Source of the DNA: Amphiscolops sp. MND2022 | Lineage: Eukaryota | Direction: 5' to 3' | Assembly: GCA_964187785.1 (NCBI GenBank) | Contig: OZ076409.1 | Span: 35,466,001-35,530,000 of the forward strand | Length of the DNA: 64,000 nucleotides | Translations under genes and position numbers: made by a program | Shown here: positions 24,911 through 37,426 of the stretch, piece after piece | Position numbering within the stretch: the first letter of the stretch is position 1 | How the letters are laid out: each line of letters begins with the position of its first letter | Notes under the pieces: generated by a model | Seen by the model: the letters and a program-made list of their open reading frames with translations, nothing else | Database searches by the model: none | Told to the model about the DNA's origin: nothing

Positions 24911-27900
24911 ATGGCAGAGCCGATTGTACGCAATTTGTGGGACCCCACATATATGACTTCAACAAAAAACGGACATGAAAGAAAGGTCTTTTTTACTGAC
25001 TGCTTGAAAAATTCTTCCACAATGAAGGAGTGGATAGAACACGAAAAACGCGTCTCAGATATGATTTTAATTCTCAGAAACCTAGACGCGGATTTCCAGG
25101 ATCTCCATGCTCAGGATCCAAATGTTTGGGTTGACGTTGGTAAGTTCTTTTTAACTTACTCAACTTCAAAGGATAAGTTGCGCAAAGAGTTCGAAATGTA
25201 TCTCCCCATGCTGAAAGATAAGTTTCAAGGCAGCCGTAAGGAGATCTTGTACAAATTGGAGTACGAACTTGAAAACTATTTTGAGAATTGGAGCAAAAAG
25301 ACCTCATTTCTTGTGAGCGTGAGGTGGCTTCCATCGCGCCTGAAAAATGAAAATGACCTAATGAAGTATATGAAACTCTGCGATCAGTTTTATGACGCTA
25401 AACGAATAATTGAAGCAGAAAAAATGACAATCAGTAAACTAATCGAGCAAGGAGCGAGGTCGAGTCATGTGAAACTGGCTATCCAGAAACTTCAAGATAA
25501 CAAAGCGATTTTAGATAAAAGTCTCGAAAGTAGACGCAATTGTCTCAAGCCTGATGCTTTGTCAACTCTATCACACGCCGAAAAAATTGTCACAGAAATG
25601 AACTCTATCGTTCAACAGGCAATGACTGACGCTCTGAACTATTTTGATAGCTGCAATATAGCAGCAAATGATCCATTGGGAAACATAGAAACACCTGAAG
25701 TGTCTGGGTTTGAAAGTTCGAAGATATCAAAAGACGATGAGAACCGTTCTCATGCCTTGGAAAAATCCAAGGCGAATGAAACACTTGACAAAGGATTGAA
25801 ATTGCTTAACGAGGCAAATCAATCAACACTAATCCTCAAAATTAACGACCGGTTTGATAACCCATCTTTTCAACCTCAATCAGCTACTGTTGGATCCCAG
25901 AAAAGATTTTCTTTAGTAGACTACTCCCCTACAAGAACATTAGCTATGAGTGAGCCAGCAAAAAAGGCTTGTTCAAAGATAGGCTCCAATGCTTCGAAAA
26001 TGAGTGAACGAAGATGGTTGGAGATACAAGCTGAACTGATGGATCAAAAATTACAAATGGAAATAGAAAAAAGAACGTGAGTTGGAACTAGAGAAAACTC
26101 GTAGAGAAATGGAAAGAGATTTGGAAGAATTGGAGAAAAAACAAGAAATGGAAAGAAGAGAAGTCGAAATGCAGAAGAGGCTCCAAGAATTGCAAGCAGA
26201 ATCGGAAATTGCTGAATTGAGGAGCAAGAAAGCTTTTGAAAAGCACCAATTGCGATTGCAAATAGAGGAGGCTGAAGGATCAATTCGTGCTTCTTCAATA
26301 TGTCCTAGCTTGATGTCTCTCACTCTGGAGGAGGACAAAAACAGTGACATTAAAAGTTGGTTAGACCAAGGTGTTGATGACTTAGATAAGTGCTTCTCGC
26401 AACCGAAGGAATCTAGCAGAGAAGTAAAAAATAAAGGTGAGTCAAGTAAACCGCCTAATACATTTGACCGCAAAAACCTATTATCGCGAACCCAAGGCAG
26501 AGGTACAAGTAAGTCACCCCAGAGAAAAAACACTGGAATTACTTTTCCGAAACAAACGCCCTGCTTCAGCAAGGCAATGAGAAACCAAAGCCTAAATATG
26601 ATTTCGCGAAACCCTCATTCAAAATAGAAAGTGATTTTCCTTCCTTCACAACAGCAGTACCTGTACAACCACCGGTACATTTTGTTCAAACAAGCTTACC
26701 TAAATTGAAATTATCTGAATTTCATGGAGACCCATTGGAATGGCCAGAATGGTCCAGTTTGTTCACAGCTACCATCCATAATGCGCCAATTGATGACAAT
26801 GCAAAAATGAGTCATTTGAAAACACTTGTTAAAGGCAAGGCCAAGGCGGCAATTGCGGGTCTCGGATACTCAGGAGTCATGTATAGTGCAGCGTGGAATG
26901 CTTTGGTTACTAATTTCGGACGACCACAAACAATTGTCAATGCTCAGATGAAGCAAATTCATTTGAGTCCGTTCATCAAGTCGCATGATTCAGCGGCTAT
27001 TATAAAGTACGCACAGTTGATTACTACATGCGTTAATGTGTTGAAACAGTTCGGATTCACTGGAGATTTGTACTCTGAATCCGTCTTGAACTCAGCGTTG
27101 AGGAAGTTACCACCTGAATTGAAAACCAAGTGGTTTTTTCTTGCGAAGAGCAAAGGCTACACTACCACATTGATCTTTGTAAATTTAGCGAATGGCTGAA
27201 CGAAGTTGCTTATGTTCACGATGAAATGACAGTGCAATTCAAGTCTCAATCAGAGACAAAAGGCTACGCTAGTACGGAGAACGTGAAAACCTCAACATTT
27301 GCTGCTAATGAGCAGAGCAAATCAACACCTGCATCAACAAAGCAATGTCCATTGAAGGATGGCGACCATAAAATCTGGATGTGTACGAAGTTCAAACAAC
27401 AAGGTGTTAATGAGAGATACGAAACACTGAAGAAATATAAACTTTGTTTCTGTTGTCTAAATTCACATTTGATGAAGGACTGCAAGTCGGACAGAGTTTG
27501 TGGAGTAAATGGATGCACCAAGAAACACAACAAGCTGTTGCATTCGGATTCTCCTAGAACCGAAAAAGATAAGAAGTCGGAGGAACCCTTGTCTCAAAAC
27601 AGGGCCGGCGGTTCTTCAATGCTCTCAACAGGTAGCAGTGGTTTCTTACAGTTGATACCAATTTCAATTGGAAATGAGAAACGAAGCGCTGAAACGATAG
27701 CTCTTTGTGATACTGGATCCACGGTATCATTTATGGACAAAACTTTGGTCAACCTTTTGAAGCTGAAAGGTAAAGAATCCGTGATGTCGGTAGCTGGAAT
27801 TCATGGGCTATCTGACATGAAGACTGAAATTGTTACCGCCAGAATTGGTCCAAGTGAAACAGATACTGCGGGAGAAGAACTGGCCTTCTGCAGTCACCCA

Positions 27901-30900
27901 AACTTGAATGTCGGTGACAAAATCTACGATTTTACAAAATTGAAAGAAATTTATTCCTATTTGAAAAATTTGCCGGATATAAAGGTCTCGATGGCTGATG
28001 TCAAGGTCATTCTTGGTCAAGATGCGTATCACCTGATCAGACCTCTTGAATATAAGTCAGGTGATAGGAAAGAGCCTTGGGCGGTCAAAACTTCTTTGGG
28101 ATGGACAGTGAGTGGAGCATTACCCCAAGCAGAAACAAACTGTTTGGCAGCAACGTGTAACCTCTCCGTGTCTTCGGATCCTTTAGCGGATCAAATGAAG
28201 AAATGGTGGGACATGGAGACATACGCGTCTGTGTGTGATGTCTCAGGACGTTCTAAGGAAGAAAAGAGAGCCCAGGCAATCTTCGAAAAAACTACCATAC
28301 ATAACGGCGAACGTTATGAAGTAGGACTCCTCTGGGCCGATGACAACCCTAACTTGCCGAACAATTATTATTCTGCTTACCAACAGTTTCTGTCAATGGA
28401 GAGAAGATTAAGCAAGGATCTAGAGTTGAAAGAAGCTTACAAAGCTACCATTGAGAAAGACTTAGAAAATCATTTTGTACGAAAACTGGAACAAGAACAA
28501 GTTGTGAGTACAGAAAATGACATGCAATGGTATTTACCTCATCATCCGGTCAAGCACCCACACAAACCAGGCAAGGTCAGAAGAGTTTGTAATGCAGCTT
28601 CAAAGTTTAAAGGCGTTTCCTTGAATGACAAACTTTTAAGCGGACCTGATTTGTTGCGAAACTTGGTTGGAATTGTTTTCAGGTTTAGGGAACACCAAAT
28701 AGCTATTACCGCCGATATTGAGTCCATGTTTTTGCAAGTAGCAGTTCCGAAAGAGGAATGGAAAGTACTTCGTTTCCTATGGCGTGATAGTCCTGAGGAC
28801 AGCATCGGAATCTTCGAGTACAACAGACACGTGTTTGGGGCAAAAAGCTCTCCAACTTGTGCGAACTACGGATTCCAACAGGGAGGAAGAGACAACAAAG
28901 TCGATTTTCCTTCAGCAGCATCGACCATAGAAAGAAACTTCTACATGGACGATTTAGTGAAAAGTGTTGATAGCCCTCAGGCAGCTATTACCTGTTACCA
29001 AGAGTTGGTAGAGACTCTCAAACGTATTGGATTCACATTGAAGAAGTGGGCTAGCAACAGCCCGGAAGTTTTGGAAATTATCCCAGTAGAAGATCGACTA
29101 GAAGCGAACGAATTCACGCTTAATGCTGAATCATCTGCCATTCTAGGTCTGGAGTGGATAATCGATAGAGATTGTCTACAAGTATGTAGAGGACCTAACA
29201 AAGAATGTCCACAAGACATAACTCAACGAGTAGTGTTATCCTTTGTTTCCTCAGTTTTTGATCCCATGGGAATCTTTGCACCTTTCACTATGCGGATGAG
29301 AATGCTTTTGAAAAGTATCTGGATTCGCTTTGGCCAATCATGGGATGAAAAAATTGCGGATGATGATGAACAGGTATTCCTAGATTGGGTGACAGAAATG
29401 CAAACAATTAAAAACACCTCACTTCCTGAAACTTATTTCTCTGATAACCCCAAAAACATTCAACTGCACATCTTCAGTGATGCGTCTCTAGAAGCCATGT
29501 GCATCGTCGCTTATTTTCGAGCAGAAGTCAATGATGGAGTCGAAGTCTCTTTTGTTTTGGGCAAATTTAGAATAGCTCCCATCAAACAACTGTCTATACT
29601 TCGTCTAGAGCTGCAAGCAGCAGTGTATTCAGTCAGATTGAGAACCTTGATTGTTCAAGAACATGATTTACGGATTGACAGCGTTACTCATTGGACTGAT
29701 TCAGTTACTGTGCTTCAATGGTTACACTCAGCTGACAAAAAACAAAATGTTTTTGTAGCTAACAGAGCAGCTGAGATATTGGAAAACTCCACAATTGACG
29801 AGTGGAAGCACGTTAAAGGTGAAATGAATCCATCTGATATTGGGACGCGTGGAATTTCTATAGAGAAATTGACTGAAAGTGATTGGTTAGCTGGACCAAT
29901 TTGGCTCAAAGACCATCCTGACGATTGGCCTTCGTCTCTGCAACCAATTAACTTGGTGCCTGATGACCATGCTGCAGTTGCAGTAATTGCGAACACAAGC
30001 ATGATTCAGAAGCCAATAGTTGATTGGAGCAGGTTTAGCAGTTTTTCTAAATGTGTGCGAGTTATTGCATTTTGCTTACGTTTGAAGTTCAAGAGTCAAT
30101 CTAAGGTATTACTTCCATGTGAACTGCAGCGAGCGGAAGAAAAGATTCTGAAACTAATCCAACGAGAAACCTTTCCTGAAGTGTATGATGGGAAGCAAAT
30201 GTTTGGTAAGACAAGCAAAGGTGGAAACTTGGCAAAATTTTCTCCATTTTTCGATGAATGCGGTATGATTCGAATAAGTGGTCGCATCAAACATGCAAAT
30301 TTGAGCTTCCAACAGCGACATCCAATTCTTTTATCCACAAAACACGATATGTTTAGTGTAATGTTACGTGATTTACATCTGGAACACAACCATGAAGGAG
30401 TAGAGTATGTTAGAAGCGTAATACAACAGAAGTTCTGGATTTTGGGATTACGAAATGCTTTGAGTAGCAATTGTGTTTACTGTCGCAAATTACGTGCGCA
30501 GATAAAATCTCCTCTCATGGCCGATTTACCTGCCGAGAGGCTCGATTATCAGTCATATCCCTTTACCCACGTTGGAATGGATTATTTCGGTCCATTCGAA
30601 GTTAAATTGTTACGACGATCCATGAAACGATGGTGCTGTTTGTTTACATGTTTAACTACCAGAGCAGTGCATATCGAAGTGGTTCGAAGTCTCGACACAG
30701 ATTCTTGCTTGGTAGCTATCAACAGATTTATCGCCAGACGTGGCAAGCCAACAACCATCATAAGTGACAATGGTACTAACTTTGTTGGATCCGCGAGAGA
30801 GTTGAAAGAGTACATCAACTCGTGGAATCACGATCAAATTACATCAGAGTTGGCTCAAAAGCATATTGCATGGAAATTTAACCCTCCTGGGGCACCTCAT

Positions 30901-31503
30901 TTTGGGGGTGTTTGGGAACGGTTGGTCAGAAGTTGCAAGATAGCTATGATGGCAATTCTGGGAAATCGATCTCTGACTGATGAATCTTTGACTACAACCA
31001 TGTGCTTGGTTGAACAAACATTGAATGCACGTCCTATTACCCCAGCAAGTGATGATCCTGCTGATTTGGAGGCCCTTACGCCTAATCATTTTATTCTGGG
31101 TCGTGCGAATATTTGTATACCCTTTATCCCCAATGCTGAAGTTTATTCCAATCATCGCAAGATGTTTCGGTCGTGTCAGGCTTATGCTGATATGATTTGG
31201 AAACGATGGGTTGCAGAATACCTACCCCAAACCCATGTCAGAAACCAATGGAGTAAACAAGAAGCCAATGTTGAAGTTGGCAACTTAGTTTGGTTGGTGG
31301 ATAACAATGTGAAAAGGTCTCATTACAAGATGGCACGAATTCAAGAAATTTATCCAGCAAAAGATGGTGTAGTGAGATCAGTGCTTATCAAAACTCATGA
31401 CGGTACCTTCAAACGACCTGTAGTAAAGTTGGCGCCAGTCTTCAATGAGCGTTTTCAGTCTGAAAACGGGGCCGCCATTGTTGGCGCCTCGAAAATAACT
31501 TGA
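24911..31503 (+). pseudogene. BEL/Pao gag-pol polyprotein, interrupted by three frameshifts (~26075, ~26550-26700, ~27165)
   Basis: Gag LPKLKLSEFHGDPLEWPEW with three Cys/His knuckles; protease LCDTGS; RT FYMDDL; RNase H FSDAS; integrase H..H/C..C plus MDYFGP, SDNGTNF and WERLV. The pieces are ORFs 24911-26080, 26082-26627, 26705-27199 and 27130-31503. Confidence 0.95.
31462..31478 (+). promoter_or_regulatory. Polypurine-tract-like site of the BEL element
   Basis: gaaaacggggccgccat lies immediately before the TG of the 3' LTR. Confidence 0.65.
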
Positions 31504-33148
31504 AATCAGCTATTCGAAAAATACCCTAAAATAGTCCTTAATTGGTGGCTGTAAAAGATTGAGTTTTGGGAATCACACTCTAGGATGGTCGGCAACCGAC
31601 ATATTTTTGGCCAACTAAACCATCTAGGGCAAAAAACCGGAAATCGAAGACAAAAATTTGAAAAATATTTTTTTCTGGGGCAAAATCAGAGATTTCTTCT
31701 AATATATTACAAATTTGGTAATTTATCGTCCTGCTTGTGTATTTAACCTGTCAAGTGGTCATATTTGGTTATATCTAGTCCAAGCGGAAGCCGGTAGAGC
31801 ATTTGTAATCTAATAGAAGCTTTGGTGGGCAAATAACAAATATATTAAAGGACCACAAAATCGTGTAAATGTATGCTTCAGATGTTGATATACCAATATC
31901 TTTATATACTTTATCGCCTCGAAAGTGGGTAGTTTGTTAACTTTATGTATCATTATAGAACATTTATGGTGTCCTCATATTTGATTGTAAACATGACTTT
32001 TATGTAGTTCCTTGTAGGTCCAAATAGACTCCAATCTTGCTAAAACCGACGAGAAAGACGGGAGAGAACTAAGTATCTTACTGAGCAGTTGATCTTTAAC
32101 TTCGATTCGAATACCTCAAGAAAGCATATTTTGGAAATTGATCGTTCAAGATTTTACTAATTTCGAGCATAGATTGGATTTTATTTCGACCAATTGATTA
32201 TTGCCTAGTAAAAACAAGTTGATTCGAGATTCCATCCTCAATTAAAGTTATTGCTTCAATCTTGTTGTTTTATTCGTTTCATCGTCATCGGATCGACAGG
32301 TTTTGTTATAGTTCTTTTGAACGTGAAAGTAGATCTACTTGAAACAATTTATTTCTCAGAGGTTAGAGAATTTCATGTTTTATAGAAAACACAAGTAACA
32401 GTCAAAGACGCAGTAATTGCTTCACCGACTACGAACGCTTGTTTGTTGTGCACAATAGTTTTTCTAACCAAAGAAATAGATGCGATATCATCTATTTAAA
32501 TCGTCGAAATCTCGAAATTTGCTAATTGCTGACAGTCAAGGTAAAGAGCTTGATATAGCCAATTTCAACGTCTTATCATTACCAGGAGCTTGTGTAAGAC
32601 ACGTTTACAATTTCATCCCGAAAAAGGACAGTTACGATACTGTTGTTCTTTTCATTGGAGGTAACGATCTTTTTTGTAATAACGCTCCTTCCACAAAATC
32701 TGCTGAAGATTTAACGCAGGAATTATCAGACCTTGCTAATTTCCTACTTACCAAAATTAAAAGTGTTTTTGTTCTTGGCATACCATTACGCCATTCTCTA
32801 CCTCAGAGATCCAAAACCGTGAACGCATTATTGGCTTTGTGCAAAGAAGGCTGGAAATTCAGAGGCATTTCTAGACAGATATATAGTGACAAACACTTGA
32901 AAAGGGATAACGTCCATTTGAGTTCTAAAGCTTTGAGTGGAATTGGTTATATCCTAAAATCTAAAATTCTTTACAAACGATTCTGTCCTGAATTGGAAGA
33001 AGAAGGATATTCGCATATTATTGAGTGCAAAGGAACCTGCAGGTGTCTTTCCTGGACAAAGTATTAGAAGAGATTGTTCCATAGTGAAGACGAGGGCCGT
33101 CGTAAAGCTTGGTAAGTGTATTTGTTATCATACCTTGCAGACGCAAAA
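31479..33148 (+). repeat. 3' LTR (1670 bp) of the BEL/Pao element
   Basis: Direct repeat of 23170-24840, differing by roughly 14 substitutions and one T indel by eye. Confidence 0.95.
32480..33067 (+). CDS. SGNH/GDSL hydrolase-like protein, 195 aa, copy in the 3' LTR
   Basis: Same ORF as 24172-24759 with two amino-acid differences (I/N, R/C); all four SGNH blocks are intact. Confidence 0.85.
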   Translation: MRYHLFKSSKSRNLLIADSQGKELDIANFNVLSLPGACVRHVYNFIPKKDSYDTVVLFIGGNDLFCNNAPSTKSAEDLTQELSDLANFLLTKIKSVFVLGIPLRHSLPQRSKTVNALLALCKEGWKFRGISRQIYSDKHLKRDNVHLSSKALSGIGYILKSKILYKRFCPELEEEGYSHIIECKGTCRCLSWTKY

Positions 33149-33970
33149 CAATTCGAGAAAGGTCAAGACCTTGTTCGCTCCAATCATATATTCAACACCC
33201 ATCATAATCATCTCTAAAATGAACTTGCTGTAGTGTTCTTCGTTGACCTTTCAAAATTTTGTCGAGTTTGGTTTTCGCTGTACTTCTTTATGACAGTATT
33301 CCATGAGAAATTTTCGACCTTGCAGAACATCAAAAAGTTTTTTACGGGGTAAACTTCACGGACTTTAGATACCATTCCACTCACTGACTTCATTCAACTT
33401 TTCGACAACGTACCCAACCTGATCAAACCGGTATTCTTTTTATTTCAGAGTAACTTTTTGTTCAGGTATACTCCAAAATAATTACATGTGTTCAGCTCAT
33501 CAAGTTTTTTGTTTTTTAGTGCCAACTCCCCCGGTGTACCAATCCCGACGTTCATAACTTCACAATTTTGAAACTTTAACGACATTTTGTGGCAAGAAAA
33601 CCAGTTGTTTGTTCGATACAAGTTCAATTGTAATTCACACTGGTTTCGTGGGCCAGCCTTCAGAATTGAAGTATCATCCTCGAAAAATGTAATTTGCATT
33701 GGTTTTTCAATATATCTAGGCAACTCATTGATATTGACAAAGAAAATAAATGGACATGAGATCGATCCTTCAGAGACGCCAGTGATAATCTGTACTTTCA
33801 CCGTTACCAAACACTATACATTCGTCCCTACTTCTAAAGTAATCACTAAATCATTTAAAGAATGGCCTTCTGTGGTTCAACGTAATCTGTAGAATTTAAC
33901 AGTTTTGAACAATCAGGGGTGTCGAATGTATTCTGAAGATCAATGAGACCCGCGCGACCGTTTTTGATCA
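33149..33970 (-). pseudogene. Decayed non-LTR (LINE, CR1/L2-like) reverse transcriptase; its continuation lies on the other side of the BEL insertion (<23169)
   Basis: Degenerate motifs LIDLQNTFDT (cf. FxDLxKAFD), GVSEGSISCPFIFFVNINELP (cf. GVPQGSxLGPLLFxxYIND), FFEDDT (cf. FADDT) and NYFGVYL. Confidence 0.8.
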
Positions 33971-36900
33971 TTTTTTTCTACGAAGGATGGAAACACCGCA
34001 AACTAATAAAGTTGTCGTGATCTAAATATATTCTCACATGAAAGCCCTCAATATATATTTGTGTTGAATTTCATTATATGAATCGGAATCTCTATGACTG
34101 TTAAAGATAAAAGCATGAAGCAGTTTGAAACACGTCTGTTTCAAACACATGGTAAGCGCAGAAAACTATTGAAACTTGGAGTAAGCATTGTCATTGGCGT
34201 TATTTTTGGACCTAAAAAATTATTCAAATTGCTTTTTGTCAGGGGAACTCAAATGTCACATATGCAAAATGAAGGATTTAGCAAGTAACTTTAACTGCTG
34301 ATAAATAGAATGATTTGATGAAGCTTACAACATTCCTAATGAAGCATCTGATTACGTGAAAGGTTCTTTTTCAATGATTGACAGATAACAACGGGAACGG
34401 GATAAGTCGGCGCCACGCTTAATTGTTCAAAAAGAGCAAAAGTTTTTCAAAGCGTCAAGGATTCTCTACGGAATAAATTTTCAATTTCACAGTACCGAAA
34501 AAAAACCAAAAAAGGGACCTTTTGGGCCCCAAATCACTTTTGGGACCCTTTTGGAAAATTGGAATTTTGGAAAATTGGAAAAGTCTCACAGTTTCGAAAA
34601 TACCCTTTTAGATTTCGAGAAAAATCTATTTAATTCGCGAATTTAATTCCGAATAATTTGCCCATTTGTAGAATTTTCGTAGAATTGACGTTCGACGAAA
34701 AGTCACTATAATAGTAGTTTCACTCCAATAGTCTCTCCTACTAAAAACGAAATAGTTAATGAGCCTTGCAAACAGGCATCGCGAATGGCGTTTGGGCAAA
34801 CCTTGTTTTATATTGGTGCAGCTGTGTTGAGACATTGAGTGGTGTAAAAATCAAACCAGCGCGGAGGTAAAAAACTAAAAACACGAAAGAAATAAAAACA
34901 CGAACAGATTCTGAAAACACGAATCTGTAACGACAAACGGTGAAGGGTTGCTTAGTTCGCCACACAAGGGGAGGATCTAGTACGATGGCCCACTGGTCTG
35001 GGACTGACAGTCTTAGAGTACCAGCCCATGTTACCTCCCGTGGGTGCAGGTCACAATGGAGGGGGTTTTGTCTCTTGAGAAGGCTAAGCATACTAACTTA
35101 CGCCACTTTATCCATTATTGCGCTTTACAGTGGGTACCATGATCGTCTTCAAGACCACGACTTGAAAAGCCTTCAAAAACAAGATCGAGGTGCTACCAAG
35201 AAAAAAATTCAACAAGGAGAATAAGTCACATATTCCAGCAGCAGCTGCCGAGCATGTATAATAAAACATAAATTACCAACATAAACAGGCATTAAATATC
35301 AAGAAACAAGACAGGAACGTCTAAAGTCGGCGCTATATCTAAGGCTCAAAAAGCGCAAAGTTCTTAGAATTGTAAAAGGGGGACCCTTTGGGCTTTTTGA
35401 AGGTTCAGTTTGTTGCAAAATCTCAAAAAAATTGAAGGGGGACCCTTTGGAGACAAAAAAAAATTGAAAAGCCGCACTGCCGAAAAAAAATCACAGGGGG
35501 ACTCTATAGTCGTCCCGTCCGGTTTTGTATCTTACGTTAAAAATAGAGTAAATGAAAGTGGTGACCCTTTGCGCTAACTTAGATGCGTTTCCGCTTGCCG
35601 GTCCAGAAGTTTAGTAGTTCTGTAACGTCAAGCTAGTGACGCACATACTAGAACTGGGACAATGCTTAGGTTGCCTAGACAGGAGACCTTAGTCCTATAG
35701 ATATCCCAAACATTAGTTTTTGGTTCCTAAAGGTCTCCTAGGGGATGTAACGGCAAGCTCTGGTACAGCAATATCAACCGACATGTTTAGAAAATTTTGT
35801 CAAAAATTCGTTCAAATTTGACGTGGCACTCAAACATGCTCAAGACGAAGTACCTGCCAGAAAAAGCACCCCAGAAAAGCAGAAATCGCCGCTCGCGACG
35901 AACAAGCACCGGAGACGACTAAAAAGACGTCCCCAACGCATACAGAACACGGTATTGTGTCAATCTCTAGGAGATATCCATTACTACAGTAAAGGAAACC
36001 AGTGTTCCAGATGTTCGCCTGAGTATCCCTGTGGTATCCTGTGTGGCAACTAGCGCTAGCGCTGGGAACCTGAGGTCAATTTTCATCAAATGACTCTGAA
36101 CTCTTGATTTCTTGTTGTATTTTTCGATGTGATAGATTAATATGCTCGAGAGCTGTTGTTTAACATCTGTTTATCCAATTTGGCGATTTTATCAGATTCT
36201 CCAATATTACGGTTCAACCTTCATCGATTTTCAGCCCAATTTTTAAAGGCTAGTTGAGCAGTGGTCTTGAATCTTGCAAGATGCCTGTTACTTTTAGCAG
36301 TTACAGACTAGGACCAGGCCAGAGAGCGTCCTACAAGACGGTTCCCCCACCTTGGGACTGGCTCCTTCGGAGGGAAAATGAGCTAGGGCCGCGGAGATCT
36401 AGGTCCCAGATTATATTCGCTGTTCTAGTTCCTCCACTCTACGTTGCGGTTCAAGCGCCAACGCTTATCGTTACAGGACTTTTCCATACTTCTAAGAAGA
36501 CTAATCAAATTAAAACTCCGTGGCGACATGCCGGCACACCCAAAGTCCGGACACGTTCCGCAAGTCTGTAAAAACGTATCCTAAGGTTCCTGCGACTTCC
36601 TATATACTCCCGAAGTCCAAAAACAGGTGTTTAGCAAAGGTACATTCTATTAGATGAATAGTATCTAAAATGACAAAAATAGGATCTAGTAGATCCTGTA
36701 CCATCACCAATCTATGAAACACTCAAAATAATGAAAATAATCAAAATCAGTACATTCCGCACTCTCATGGAGTTTTCAGGGTTTTGGAGCAAACCTTTGA
36801 AGGGTTATTTTTTTCTTCTGGGTCTTCTGAGGCATTTCTCTGTGTTAGACGGCACAACACAGTGCTTTCTTCTTCTCTGATGTTTTTCTGTCTCTGGGTG

Positions 36901-37426
36901 TTCTTTCTGATTCTCTGGTGCTCTGTGTCTTTTTTTATCTTCCCGCCTGTTTTCACGTACCTCCTAGGTCGGCCATTTTGATTTTGTACATAATCGCACC
37001 TTTTCGAATTTTTCATCGAAATTTTGTCATTGGTTGCTGGACGTTACATTCTGTAAAATAAAGTGTCCACTACGCATACATTCTGTTGTCTGACGAAAAA
37101 AACTAGTCACTGTAATAGTCGGGCTTTATTCCTTCTAAAGAAAAATGAGCCGACTAAAAACGGCATCAATCCGCCCAGTTCGAAAAGCACTAATCTAGGA
37201 ACTTTACGCGGTACTCTTTTTTGAGTATCCGGTACTTCTAGTTGCAATAAGCACACTTCTCCATTAAGAGAAATAGGGTCGCGTATTTCCACGTTCGTCA
37301 CCATCGTGGCATGACTAATACGTGTTGTACTTCCGTTTTCACGCCTTGCTGTCCACGCCGTGCTCACACGTCTCTTTTTAGTCGGCGCTTTCCTAGTGAA
37401 AAGATCCCGACTATTACGGTGGCTAG

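Larger units (their letters stand above)
23170..33148 (+). mobile_element. Full-length BEL/Pao LTR retrotransposon (9979 bp), TSD CAATT
   Basis: Two ~99%-identical LTRs, PBS, gag-PR-RT-RH-IN domain order and PPT. CAATT lies at 23165-23169 and 33149-33153. Confidence 0.97.
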
